DNA of 64,000 nt, taken from assembly GCF_000143415.4 (NCBI RefSeq), contig NW_003314314.1:1347840-1411839 (forward strand). The letters run 5' to 3'. Numbering within the stretch: position 1 is the first letter of the stretch; every line of letters begins with the position of its first letter. A program made the translations under genes and the position numbers. Under the pieces are notes generated by a model that made no database searches, was not told the DNA's origin, and was given only the letters and a program-made list of their open reading frames with translations. The DNA comes from Selaginella moellendorffii (lineage: Eukaryota > Plantae > Lycopodiophyta). Below, one piece after another: positions 38,366 through 50,420 of this stretch.

Positions 38366-39946
38366 TTAACCTTGAAGAATATGCACTTTGGTGTTCATTG
38401 GATCACCAATGAAAGGCACATTGAGATTGTAAACATCTATCACTTTGGCTTCAGTTCCGTCATCTTGGACCATTGACACAACTTTGCAATCTCTAGAGAC
38501 AGACCAGATATTCTTCTGACTGCTTGCTGAGCAGAACATTAAGTTGTAGTTATCTGAGCGAGTAGAGTACGTCATAATCCACGAGTTTTTGTCATGAACG
38601 TGCCTCAACAATCCACACACAGTGGGCCTGTATATTTGATTGGAGTGTACGAAGCAGTGTGATCCACGCAATGCCATTATATACATCTCTTTCCAGGTAT
38701 GCAATACATTAGTGGGAGAATTAGGAATGTTTGTAAACAGCTGATTTACAAACCTTCTGATGTTGAAAGGTTGGGAATATATTCAATGGAATCGTTGCCC
38801 CCATCAATGAAAGTTCCCATGTAAGTCAATGCTTGAAGTGCCTAAAAAAAGATGCCTCAAGATAAACAAATCACAAACTTTAATGAGCATATCACCTAGA
38901 GTGCCAGGTTCTTTCAAATGTTCCCCATGTTTCAGTGCAAAGATCCAGTGCATTGTTCTAGACTCTGACCAATTCTGCATAAAAGCTTCACATGCTTCAA
39001 CATCAGAAATCAAAGAGTAAAGGCACAGATGTAAAGGCAAAGGTTTATTTTTTTGAAGGAATGTCAAAGTTTCGAGAATGCAAGAACTTGTTGATTACAC
39101 TTTGAAAGTGAGGTAAGCTTTTTCTCTTTCTGGTGCAAATGCTAGCACATCTTTGGACTCACTGATTAAGAATTTTCCCTTTGGTGGATGTCCAAACATG
39201 TAGTGTTTGGCTTTTGTAGGGTCTTCATTCCAAGACACTTTTGTTCCATACAGTTGATCAACCAAATGTGAAGGTACAGTTACTTGGAACGTGTCTTGTC
39301 CAAGGTGAAGCTGGGCCTTTAGCGTGATGTGTTCTTTTATAGGTCCTACATATTTACATATTTTACATATTGCTTCATCTTTAGAAGTTTGTTGCAATCT
39401 TGATCCACAGCATGATGAACAAACTGTGTGTATGAAAACTGGATGGAGCTTATCTACTTCAAAGTATCCAGGTATCTGCAAAACAACATGTATTTAATAT
39501 GGGCTTGTTTCATTTCCTTTCGCACTTACCTCTGTGCATTCCCTTGCAATATTCCAAAAACAGTGTCAAGGAATTATTTTGGCATCATCTATTATACATG
39601 AAAAAATGCTCATGCTTGTGACATTTGCTTTCTTGAAATAACTGTCTCCTTGTAAATTAATGAAACATCTTGTTGGTGGAGTTCCAGAAAAAAATTCATT
39701 CATCAACTTTTTGAATAATTCCATCATGTTGCCATGGAATTTGAGCTGTCATCATATAGATTATTGTCAGGAATCCACAGCTATATTGAACTCACTATTA
39801 TCATATCAGACTTGTCGATGTTATCTGCTATTGTGAGTTGACCACTGTTTTAGCCTATATCATTGATGCTCACTACAACACCTTCAACAGAACCTACAGA
39901 GTCTCAGCCTCTACATGACTCCACAAAGTTTGCAATGCTGACAGTT
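38366..39946 (-). pseudogene. Possible RPA70-like OB-fold/zinc-ribbon gene remnant (Helitron-associated)
   Basis: VCSSCC...AICKICK...HITLKAQL pattern like the RPA1 C-terminal domain; splice sites near 39478 and 39528; Helitron context. Confidence 0.45.
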
Positions 39947-40189
39947 AGTACAGACAGACGAAGTTGTGGCACTATAAGCTATTACCTAAAAGCTTACGTT
40001 TTCTTCTTAGCATAAGAGATGCCATTGTGGTGGGTCAATAAAAAGAAATATGCCAGATGCACTGGGCCTGGGTTGGAACTCAAGTCATATAACCACAGAT
40101 ACCACCTACTAAAAAATAAACTGGACATAACCATAAAGGAAGTGCATAGAAAGAAAAATAGGCAGCTAGCCTCTTCCCACTCTTTCATG

Positions 40190-40908
40190 CACTGTGCTCC
40201 ATGCACAATGTGCGAGTGGAATCCCAAATGGGACAGCCTTTCGCCCAATGAGCAGGCCAGGCTCAAGGCTCAGCAGGGCATGAAATACGTTTGCCTCGAC
40301 AGCTTACAGGTGCTCAACTCCAAAACTCTGGAACCGGTTGCCAAGGACGGTGTCACCATTGGTGAAGTTTGCATGTGTGGGAACATGGTGTTCAAGGGGT
40401 ACTTGAACAATCCAGAGGCAACGCTGGAGAGCTTTAGAGGAGGATGGTTCCACTCCGGGGGCTTGGCTGTTTGGCATCCCGATGGATACATCAAGATCAA
40501 GGATCGAGCCAAGGATATTATCATTTCTGGAGAGGAGAACATTAGCAGCCTGGAAGTGGAGAGCATCTTGTACAGGTAAAAGGAGAGTTTTTTCTTCTTT
40601 GTTTCTCGTTAAAGTTTGCTTCTTTTTCTTTCAGGCATCCAGCAGTGTTGGAAGCTGCTGTGGTGGGGCGGCCAGATGAGCAGTGGGGCAAGTCTCCATG
40701 TGCATTTGTGTCCCTCAAGCACGGTGTGAGAAGCAACAAGGAGGAGATACTCTCATTCTGTCCACAGCATTTGCCAAATTTCATGGTGCCAAAGAGCATC
40801 GTCATTCTCACGGCCTTGGACAAAACTGTGACTGGCAAGATCCAAAAACAGGTGCTGCGCAGCAAAGCAAGAGCTCTTGGCAGCGTCAAGCAAATCAGCA
40901 AGCTCTAC
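40190..40908 (+). pseudogene. 3' fragment of an acyl-activating enzyme (AAE7/ACN1-like acyl-CoA ligase)
   Basis: GNMVFKGYLNNPEAT, GWFHSG, IKDRAKDIIISG, HPAVLEAAVVGRPDEQWG, TGKIQK; intron 40576-40634; ends SKL then TAC. Confidence 0.9.
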
Positions 40909-41049
40909 AAGCCAACTATTGAACTTGGAAAGCTTGAAATCGTTCACGGCCTGGAAAATCCCCAGTCTAGCTTGGCAATTTTAAACCAGTCAGCTACTGT
41001 TCCATCTGTTGTAATGTACTGGAATGACAAATAAATAAATAACATGCAA

Positions 41050-42100
41050 GAACCAAGAACGCAATTCATCTACCTCAAACAGTAGCTTTGTCTTATCAGC
41101 TGTCACTCTTGCATATCCAAATGCCGACCTTCAAATCAAGCTCCATGAACTAAACTGTCGACAAAACGAATAGGAAAGGTAGAATATCGATACCATATAA
41201 AGAACTTGAATATAGGAAACAAAGCTGCAAGCTTACATTACAATCCAGGCTGAATTCGGCCATGCCAACCACAGCGTGAACTGGAACTGAGTAAATTGTA
41301 GTGTCAAAGGAATCGACGCCCGCTAAATCCTTGATCAGATGCTGCAGGCAGCAGCCCTGAAACACAGCACAAGTTCACTCATAGTTGTGAACATGCCCCC
41401 ACACGGATAAATCAACCTGTGCAAAAAAGAAAAAAGAAAAAAGACAGTTTCATTCTAGTTTTCCCTTTGAAGAGCTTGTGTTTTACCTTGTTTCTCAAGA
41501 GCAATGGTTCCACAGCTGCTACAAATTTCAGATCCACACCTGGTAAAGTTTAGAAATAATTCCCCACAGTTGAGTGGAGTACATAGGTCAATGACTGAAA
41601 GAAAAATAGCACACATGAGTTTACAGAATGAAAATGTGGATAAAAACAGTTACCCTGTGAAAAATATCCATGGTGTACTGAATCTGTTGACAGATTCAAG
41701 GTTGGATTTCATCCAAGTGTACTGTAGAAGAAGGTTTCATTGAAGTAAAGATGAAAAGAATAAGAATGCATACTTGTTCGCTGGTCAAGCTCCAGTCGTG
41801 TTCTGTAGAGATGACTGTGAAATGCACGGGGCTGATAGCCATCGAGTACCATCTGTCTTGGACAGGCATCCGAAAATAAGTTTGATATGGGACTCCACAC
41901 TTGCCACCTGAGTCTGGTGTGTTATACAAAGATCCTGAGCCTGGATAATCTCTGAAAACCACACAGATCAATCTACAAGTTTTTGTAAGACTTTGTGAGT
42001 ACCTCTTGTGGTTTTCAATGGCCGTCATGTACACAGTCTTGGATGCTACTGGAACAGTGACAGAGAAATGGAGACAAGACCCGACAGCTACGTTGTGGAT
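41050..42100 (-). pseudogene. Purple acid phosphatase (nucleotide pyrophosphatase/phosphodiesterase type) 3' fragment
   Basis: YMTAIENHKR, DSGGKCGVPY, HFTVISTEHDW, VDLSVWGHVHNYE, PVHAVVGMA; introns retained, stops present. Confidence 0.85.
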
Positions 42101-42730
42101 AGATTTGTAAAAGAGAAAGCAAGCCATACACTTTCAGCCAGCATAGCAGAACACATAAACCAACCTTATCAAAGAGGGAGCACCATGCACGCAGCACTGT
42201 ATGCAGCACCATTTTCTTACCAGAAGAAAATATAATTCCAAAGTACACTGAAAGAGAATTCTGCACATAATCCCACACACAGGGAAAGCAGGAGAGAGGG
42301 AGAACCTTGCAGTAACCCATAGATTTGCCTGCTCTTTGCATAGCACCTTGTGGTTCTCTTTGCTCTTGTTCGCCCTAAAAGCCACAATTAAAGAAATTCT
42401 GATTTGAAAAGTTACGACCTTTTGTAATTATATCTCAGCCGTTAGATCTTAGCATATGCCCAGAATAAGTGTACCCAGCATATCATCATACTCCCTTATT
42501 TAAACGTGCTATTGGCATATGGCATCCGGCGTCTTTTATTCCATTTTTAGAATATTATTTCTGAATATACTTATAATCCAACGGTTCAAATTCAAAAACT
42601 TCAAATAGATGGCATAGATCAAGTGCCAAAGGGGTGGCAACGCTTCAACTTTGAATTGAATGACCCTCCAAATCAAGTGAATCTTTTAGGGCGTTCAAGC
42701 AGATTGTAAGCTGCAATCTCTCTCTCTGTA

Positions 42731-44182
42731 TTAGTGGCGAGAAACTGACTCCACCATTTTCAGCCTGTCAAATCTCTTGATTTTGGTGGCAGAAGCAAAA
42801 GGCTGGATCGTTGATTGTTCATCGCCATTCGCGACACATGCACAGGTCAATGGCGGACAGTGTGAAGAACACGATCTCCAGCTCTGTGACGAGTTCCCCA
42901 CTGGCTGATGCTCCCGGATTTCTCACCCTGTCACGCCAAGGGCTTGCAACACGATTCCCAGCATGCATATGGCTGATCTCTCATTTCTCTTGATCTCTGA
43001 GGCTAACCTGGTTTTTGTTGCACAGGAGCGAGTAACAGAGGGCTGTTGGGAGTTCAAGATTTTTTTTCTTTTATTCATGTCCAGACAACCGACAACCTTT
43101 GGGCTAAACACTCTAAAGTCGTTTATCTAAACTCTCAGGGTGCTATTAGAAAGGTTCATAAGCCTATGTTTAGTCTGATGACTTCTCCAGTTTTCTTGTT
43201 TGTTTTAAATGTAGATTCAAATTAGTGGCGACAAACTGACTCCACCATTTTCAGCCTGTCAAATCTCTTGATTTTGGTGACACAGGAAGGCAAGTTTTTT
43301 CATATTCGTTTCTTATTTATGGGATTAAAAAGCCTTTTTGTGATGCAAGTGTACAATCCCTCCTGTTCGCCATGTTGTGTGTGTCATACAGTCTTGTCAA
43401 AGGAAAAATATTTATACCCACTCAGTGGTCATGTCATTGTTTGATATGACTTTGGAAGATCAAGAGACTGTGAATTTTATGGTACGTTTTCTCTTTCTTG
43501 TGTTGTTCTTGTTGACGATTTCTTTAGGCCAGAGATATGCGGCGAGGTTTGGAGGTGACAGTGTCGTCAAGACATGATGCAGCTGCAGACCTGGTTCAGA
43601 TGTATGCATATTCTCAGTGCTTCTTTACATGTGCATATTTTACTGCCTCTTATTATGTACAACAAGGAGTACGTGCTTGGGCAGCTCATATATGATCAAG
43701 CAATGAAGAGACTGCCTGGTGCTCCTGGATCTCTCATCCTGTCACGCCAAGGGCTTGCAACAAGATTCCCAGCATGCATATGGATCTAGGATTTAAGATG
43801 ATCTCTCATTTCTCTTGATCTCTGTGGCTAACTTGATTCTTGTTGTGCAGGAGCGAGTAACAGAGGGCTGTTTGAGAGTTCAAGATTTTTTTTTCTTTTG
43901 CTCGTGTCCAGACAACCAACGACCTTTGGGCTAAACACTCTAAAGTTGTTTATCTAAACTCTTGGGATGCTATTAGAAAGATTCATGAGCGCATGTTTAG
44001 TCTGATGACTTCTCCAGTTTTCTTGCTTGTTTTAAATGCAGATTCAAACTAGTGGCGAGAAACTGACTCCACCATTTTCGGCCTGTCAAATCTCTTGGTT
44101 TTGGTAACACATGAAGGTGAGTTTTTTCATAGTCGTTTCTTATATATGGGATTAAAAAGCCTTTTTGTGATGCAAGTGTACA
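42731..44182. repeat. Local direct duplications (~42905-43355 vs ~43716-44182; ~55 bp motif at 42731, 43222, 44051)
   Basis: Visible sequence repetition. Confidence 0.85.
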
Positions 44183-46003
44183 TTTAGTAGAGTTGAAAGG
44201 TTCCTGCCAGTATTTTGCCATGAAGAGCACGGATAAGAGCGTCATAATCAGCAGAAACAATGTGATATTTCTGACTTAAAACTTGCACTGATCTTTTGAA
44301 CAGGTTAATTGCGCATGTGCTGAAAGAGAGATTCCGGGATTGATCTTGCTTTCTAAATTGACTTTTTCCTTGTAGATTGCGACTCATGTTTGCTTAGCAA
44401 TAGACTTTTATCCTGCNNNNNNNNNNNNNNNNNNNNNNNNNNNNNNNNNNNNNNNNNNNNNNNNNNNNNNNNNNNNNNNNNNNNNNNNNNNNNNNNNNNN
44501 NNNNNNNNNNNNNNNNNNNNNNNNNNNNNNNNNNNNNNNNNNNNNNNNNNNNNNNNNNNNNNNNNNNNNNNNNNNNNNNNNNNNNNNNNNNNNNNNNNNN
44601 NNNNNNNNNNNNNNNNNNNNNNNNNNNNNNNNNNNNNNNNNNNNNNNNNNNNNNNNNNNNNNNNNNNNNNNNNNNNNNNNNNNNNNNNNNNNNNNNNNNN
44701 NNNNNNNNNNNNNNNNNNNNNNNNNNNNNNNNNNNNNNNNNNNNNNNNNNNNNNNNNNNNNNNNNNNNNNNNNNNNNNNNNNNNNNNNNNNNNNNNNNNN
44801 NNNNNNNNNNNNNNNNNNNNNNNNNNNNNNNNNNNNNNNNNNNNNNNNNNNNNNNNNNNNNNNNNNNNNNNNNNNNNNNNNNNNNNNNNNNNNNNNNNNN
44901 NNNNNNNNNNNNNNNNNNNNNNNNNNNNNNNNNNNNNNNNNNNNNNNNNNNNNNNNNNNNNNNNNNNNNNNNNNNNNNNNNNNNNNNNNNNNNNNNNNNN
45001 NNNNNNNNNNNNNNNNNNNNNNNNNNNNNNNNNNNNNNNNNNNNNNNNNNNNNNNNNNNNNNNNNNNNNNNNNNNNNNNNNNNNNNNNNNNNNNNNNNNN
45101 NNNNNNNNNNNNNNNNNNNNNNNNNNNNNNNNNNNNNNNNNNNNNNNNNNNNNNNNNNNNNNNNNNNNNNNNNNNNNNNNNNNNNNNNNNNNNNNNNNNN
45201 NNNNNNNNNNNNNNNNNNNNNNNNNNNNNNNNNNNNNNNNNNACACATGCTGCTGAAGTGATCTGCAGTGAGATTCAAGCCATGGCTGCAGACTCCAAAG
45301 ACTCCAAGGACTGCCACACGTTCACGAAAGCGATCTCCTCCTATTTCAAGGCCATGGCATGGAAGAGCTCTAGAGCTTCCCGTCCTCGTCTAGAGAGCAA
45401 AGCCCACCACCATGGAGTTTCACATCATACACATGGGCCTCGTGTACTTTGCCTGCTCAAGCTTGCCATCGTGCCATCATAGAGAGCCAGGATACTGAGT
45501 TTTTCCCCGGCCATCTTGCCAAAAGAGATTCACCCTCTCTAATCTTTTAACCCGGGCTATCATATCGGTATGACTCTGTAATTTTTTATCCTCAAGCGCA
45601 ATGACTCTGCCCCAAGTGAAGAAATGAATGACAGAAAAAGCTGTGGTAAAAGGCTTTTCGAGAGTGTACCTAAACAGACACATAGGCTAANNNNNNNNNN
45701 NNNNNNNNNNNNNNNNNNNNNNNNNNNNNNNNNNNNNNNNNNNNNNNNNNNNNNNNNNNNNNNNNNNNNNNNNNNNNNNNNNNNNNNNNNNNNNNNNNNN
45801 NNNNNNNNNNNNNNNNNNNNNNNNNNNNNNNNNNNNNNNNNNNNNNNNNNNNNNNNNNNNNNNNNNNNNNNNNNNNNNNNNNNNNNNNNNNNNNNNNNNN
45901 NNNNNNNNNNNNNNNNNNNNNNNNNNNNNNNNNNNNNNNNNNNNNNCACACGCTGTCTAAGCTTCTATTTTCTAAAAGAGATTGTAAAATCTCCTACAGA
46001 TCA

Positions 46004-46837
46004 ATGGGTGGCAAAAGAAAGAGGAAAACATGTGATCTAATTTTACATGAAGGCTGTATAATAAAAAGAAGTTCAGCAAGCTTGAATTCATCTCTATATA
46101 TGAATAAAAGCATGGATGGAAGTGTGAGAAACCTGGTATCCTTTAAAGAACCCCCAACAATTCCAAGATTGATATCCATAGAAAACACTTCTATAAACAC
46201 TGTTGAATTTATTACCCTACCTGTTAATGAAGTAAATCCTAGAAATGGAACAGAAAGCATGGAAAATACTAAATATTTAGGACTCTTGCAAAACAACAAA
46301 GACGGTAAATGTAAAGCAAATTATATTGGACTCATGGATAAACATTGTGACTATTGTAAAGCTTTTCTTTTTGCTACAGAAATACAATCAGAATGCTGTC
46401 ATGGTGGACGTGTGTCTATAGGAAAACAAATTGAGTTCTCTGAACTGATTCGTAAATTATTAGATGGAACAGACCAACGAGGAAAATTTAAAGAATTAAT
46501 TCGAAATTATAATAGTGCTTTGGCATTTGCATCTATGGGGGCAAATATTGATGAAATGATTGGCAATGGACCATATTATTTCAAAATTCATGGACAAGTA
46601 TACCATTCAATTGTTAGTTTTCGTCCTAAGCAAGGTCATGATGCAAAATATTCTCAGCTTTATATTTTAGACACACTAGAAGCTACAGAAACAAGAATGA
46701 AAAATAAATATAATAGTAAGTGTGACACAGGATTGATGAATGAATTAGATGCTTTATTACGAGAAATTAATCCATATGCAAAGGCATTTAAAATGCTAAA
46801 AGATGTGGAAAATGAGCTTCATATGAACACATTATAA
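46004..46837 (+). pseudogene. Helitron RepHel N-terminal fragment
   Basis: CDYCKA...CCHGG zinc motif, IRNYNSALAFASMG, IHGQVYH, QLYILD, INPYAKAF; truncated before the HUH domain. Confidence 0.9.
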
Positions 46838-47693
46838 ACCTCATAAACTGGATGACGATATTATCACAATTTTGGTGATAAAACCTTTCTCAGTTTGTAC
46901 TTAGGTGAGGAACCTTGTATACAATAAAATTTCTAACATTGTAAAATTACAAGAGAAGATCTATTTGTCTTTAGCCTGCTATATCTCCCAGCAGATATTT
47001 CAGTATACTCTTTGATATATAAAATTAAACCTTTATAGAACAAAGAGTATTTGATTGATTTGATAGTAAAATTAAACATAATTTTGTTGTACAAAGATCA
47101 TATATAATAGATACAATAAAAAATATATTATAAGGTTAAAAAGTAAATAAAGTAGTGATTATAGAAAATGATATATTTCATAACTTAATATATAAGAGTT
47201 GAATGAATGAATAAGAATTTTCTCTATATAAAAAAATATACAGAATTAATGTTAATGATATGGTAAACTCCATAAAAAAATTTATATTTTTAAAATTTAT
47301 ATTATGTATGTAGTTTAAGTGAGTTTTAAATCTATATTTTTAAACATTATTATATTTTAGTGTACTTAAAGTAACACTTTATTAAGCAGAAAATTTGTAG
47401 AGTTGAATGAATCAACAAGTGATAATATATTTTATTAATTATATAGTTTTCAAATAAAAGAAGAAGTTAGTTACCAAATCTCAAACTCTAAATGACTCAT
47501 CTGGCCATGGGATTACATAGTGGGCAATTCCATTTATAGAAGATCCAAGACTTCACTCAACAATCAAAATTTTAAATGTCATATAATGTTATTAGTTATA
47601 TTTATTATTTTCTGATGTGTATTGGTGATAGAGTCAATTTTAGAAGGGATTTATAATATAAATATTATATTATGATTAACTTTGTATGTTATC

Positions 47694-48609
47694 TGTCGCG
47701 AATGTGACTTCGGGTATCGAAAGATGCTTGTCAGCTAGTCCTTACGGGCACTCTTTCCTTACTGCCACGATGGCAGGAGGTTGGTACTGCTGGTTCCTTT
47801 TATGGTCTCCACTCAAGCTAGTTGAGAAACTGGTCATCGCATGTGCACTTGACCAGATGAGCATAAGGACGGAATTCCTACATGCTATTTGTCAAGCATA
47901 CTTGACCTGGTTAGAGAAACTCATTCGTTGACTTGCACTTGCTAGTGTTGGGAACCCCCGCGATATTGAGACTAGTCCCTCAATATTCGCTAGATGATAG
48001 CTTACCGTGTCTACCAAACACCCTCGCTATTATACCCTTTGTGTTGGTCTCATTTCGGTCCCAAATGCTATTTATGGAAAGTGTCTAGATTAGCTCATGT
48101 GGCATATCTACGAAATGTAGAGATCGGCCTGAACACAATGGTGTTCGTCCCGTGCCCAAATTCGCAATCTAAGGACATTCCATATTTAGTAAGTTTCGGA
48201 CTTGTCCCAGAGACTAACTCCTGGTACTAAGGGAGGCTTGGGGTGAAAGCCCAAAGCGTGTGTCCCTCAAGGGGGGGGGGCTGTGGGGGGTTCCAAATGT
48301 ATAGTAGGGATAGTGGTTGGAATGCATGTCCGACCACCTGAGACATTAGTTTGGCTCCCGCTGGGCTGTGTCGCTCCTTGTTCTGCGTCCGGCTTGGGTC
48401 TAAGCCCAAGCTCCACGCTGCTCTAGTCAGTGGAGTACCCTCCTCCTTGCGTTAGGCCACCGGTATGCCAAAATTGTGCCAGACTCCGTCTGACACCATT
48501 TTGCGTGCAGGTGCTGGATACGGGGAGCTGGTGCTCGTGGGATTGCACCGGACCCTCGTTTCGTAGCGCAACGGGCTTGGAGTTCGGCTCCAAATTTAGG
48601 TGCGCTACA
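47694..48609 (+). repeat. 5' LTR
   Basis: Direct repeat of 54104-55019, about 8 substitutions by eye. Confidence 0.97.
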
Positions 48610-48800
48610 TTTGGTATCAAAGGAATTGTCTCAGCGATTCCTATCCAACTTTTGTCGGATTTTCTGACTCAAGTTGCATACGCAGAGACTTTTCTAGTAG
48701 ATCCGAAGCGACCTGTGTAGGATTAGTTGGATTGCACCATTCGGTAAGAACGTTGTATGCATGTTCAGTTACTGATAGAGGCATGCATGCAGCTAGCGGG

Positions 48801-50420
48801 ATGGTGAAACGGAACCGTGTTGATGATGCTGAAACCTCTAGACGGGCGAATCGAGAGGAGGAAACTCCTGCTAGAGATGCTGCGGAAGAGGAAGAGCCAA
48901 ATGCTGCGGCGTTGCAGCGTACGGCTCAGGAAGTCGAGATCGAGAATTTGCGAAAGGAGATTCGCAAATTGAAGAAGGAGAACAAGAAGAGGAAGAAAGA
49001 AGCTGAGGCAGCTAAACCAGCTAAGCCTAAGCAACCAGACTCCTCTTCAAGTTCTGAGGACGATGAAGTTCTGCAGCCGCCCCCGGTTGCACGAGTTTCA
49101 AAGTTCAAGCCTCCGAAACCACCCAACTTCAGAGGCATGCGGGACTATCAGGTTTTGGAAGACTGGGTCTACGATATGGAGAACTACTTCATAGCGGCAG
49201 ACGTAGATGATCGTACGAAAGTTGCGTGCGCGCAATCCTTTCTCACCGATCATGCCAAAACTTGGTGGCGCCAAGTGTGTGCTGAAAAAGGGCAGACTAG
49301 AAGTTGGACCAAGATGCGATCTCGTATCCGTAAGGAATACTTGCCGGATGATCTTGGTCTCAGACTTCGCGCGGAGCTGCGGCGGTTAAAGCAGCGAGGG
49401 GATCTCATGCATTACGTTAATGCGTTTGCTCAGAAGCGCATTATGATTGCAAATATGAGTGACGAAGATGCTCGGAGTTATTTTCTGGAGGGTTTAAGTT
49501 CACTTTCTCGCAATGAGATTTTGAAGTTTAAGCCGAAGACGTATCTGGAGTGTAAGGAGGCAGCGCAGCAAGTTGCCTTTAGTCACTCACTCATGGAACA
49601 ATATCAACAACCGTATGCTGGTAACTTGGACAAGAATAGGAATTCTGGGAATAAACAAGGTGATCGGAAACAGAGGGTGGAGAGTAGGTTCCGCCCTGGA
49701 GGCTCACAAGCAACGGTTAACAAAGGTGGTGGTGGTTGGAGACCACCAGCAGCTTCTTCTGGTCCTAGGCCCTCTGTTCCTCCTCCTGGTGGGTACAAGC
49801 AGCAGCAACCTGCAAAACCTGCTCCTAGCGGAACGGGTAGTGTGGGTCATTGCTTCCATTGTGGAGAGTCAGGACATAGGTCCTCGGATTGTCCCAACAA
49901 GCATAAGACAAGGTCTCGAGTTAATGTCATGAGGGAAGACGGTGGTGGTGAAGCTGAAGGGGTTGACGAGTTGGTCAATGCAGACTATGAGGAAGAAGAG
50001 GTGAGTAACTTTCGTTGCTTTCCTCAAGCTTTTCTTGCAGTCAATGCAAACACTGATCCGTTGATGTATCTGGTAGGCTTTGTCCGTGGACACCGAATCC
50101 GAGTGATGATTGACACGAGAGCTACGCACAGCGTGATATCCGAAGACTTAGTTAAGTTGTTAGGATTGAATGCTGAGCAAATGTCGCCTATGCACTTCCG
50201 GTTTGCGGAAGGTGGGCAAGTAGCCAGAAAGTTTGTGAATGATGTTCCAATAAAGATATCCAAGTGGAAAGAAAGAGTGGACTTGGTAGTGTTGAAGATA
50301 CCAGATTTTCAGATGGTGTTTGGTATGGATTTCTTCAACAAGTATATAAAAGGGATTTATGGTGCTGGACAAAGTCGCATCACGTTGAAGTCTGAAGGAC
50401 GACCCGATGTGTCCTTCTAG
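48801..50420 (+). CDS. gag: Gag + aspartic protease
   Basis: AKTWW gag core, CFHCGESGHRSSDC zinc knuckle, MIDTRATHS protease site; start codon inferred. Confidence 0.9.
   Translation: MVKRNRVDDAETSRRANREEETPARDAAEEEEPNAAALQRTAQEVEIENLRKEIRKLKKENKKRKKEAEAAKPAKPKQPDSSSSSEDDEVLQPPPVARVSKFKPPKPPNFRGMRDYQVLEDWVYDMENYFIAADVDDRTKVACAQSFLTDHAKTWWRQVCAEKGQTRSWTKMRSRIRKEYLPDDLGLRLRAELRRLKQRGDLMHYVNAFAQKRIMIANMSDEDARSYFLEGLSSLSRNEILKFKPKTYLECKEAAQQVAFSHSLMEQYQQPYAGNLDKNRNSGNKQGDRKQRVESRFRPGGSQATVNKGGGGWRPPAASSGPRPSVPPPGGYKQQQPAKPAPSGTGSVGHCFHCGESGHRSSDCPNKHKTRSRVNVMREDGGGEAEGVDELVNADYEEEEVSNFRCFPQAFLAVNANTDPLMYLVGFVRGHRIRVMIDTRATHSVISEDLVKLLGLNAEQMSPMHFRFAEGGQVARKFVNDVPIKISKWKERVDLVVLKIPDFQMVFGMDFFNKYIKGIYGAGQSRITLKSEGRPDVSF

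Noticed and set aside
26235-46837. An intact autonomous Helitron
   Set aside because: The N-terminal, HUH and helicase parts lie on different strands or copies and are frameshifted.
47686-48720. Short ORFs within the LTRs, repeated at 54114-55031
   Set aside because: Repetition follows from LTR identity; no recognisable domains.
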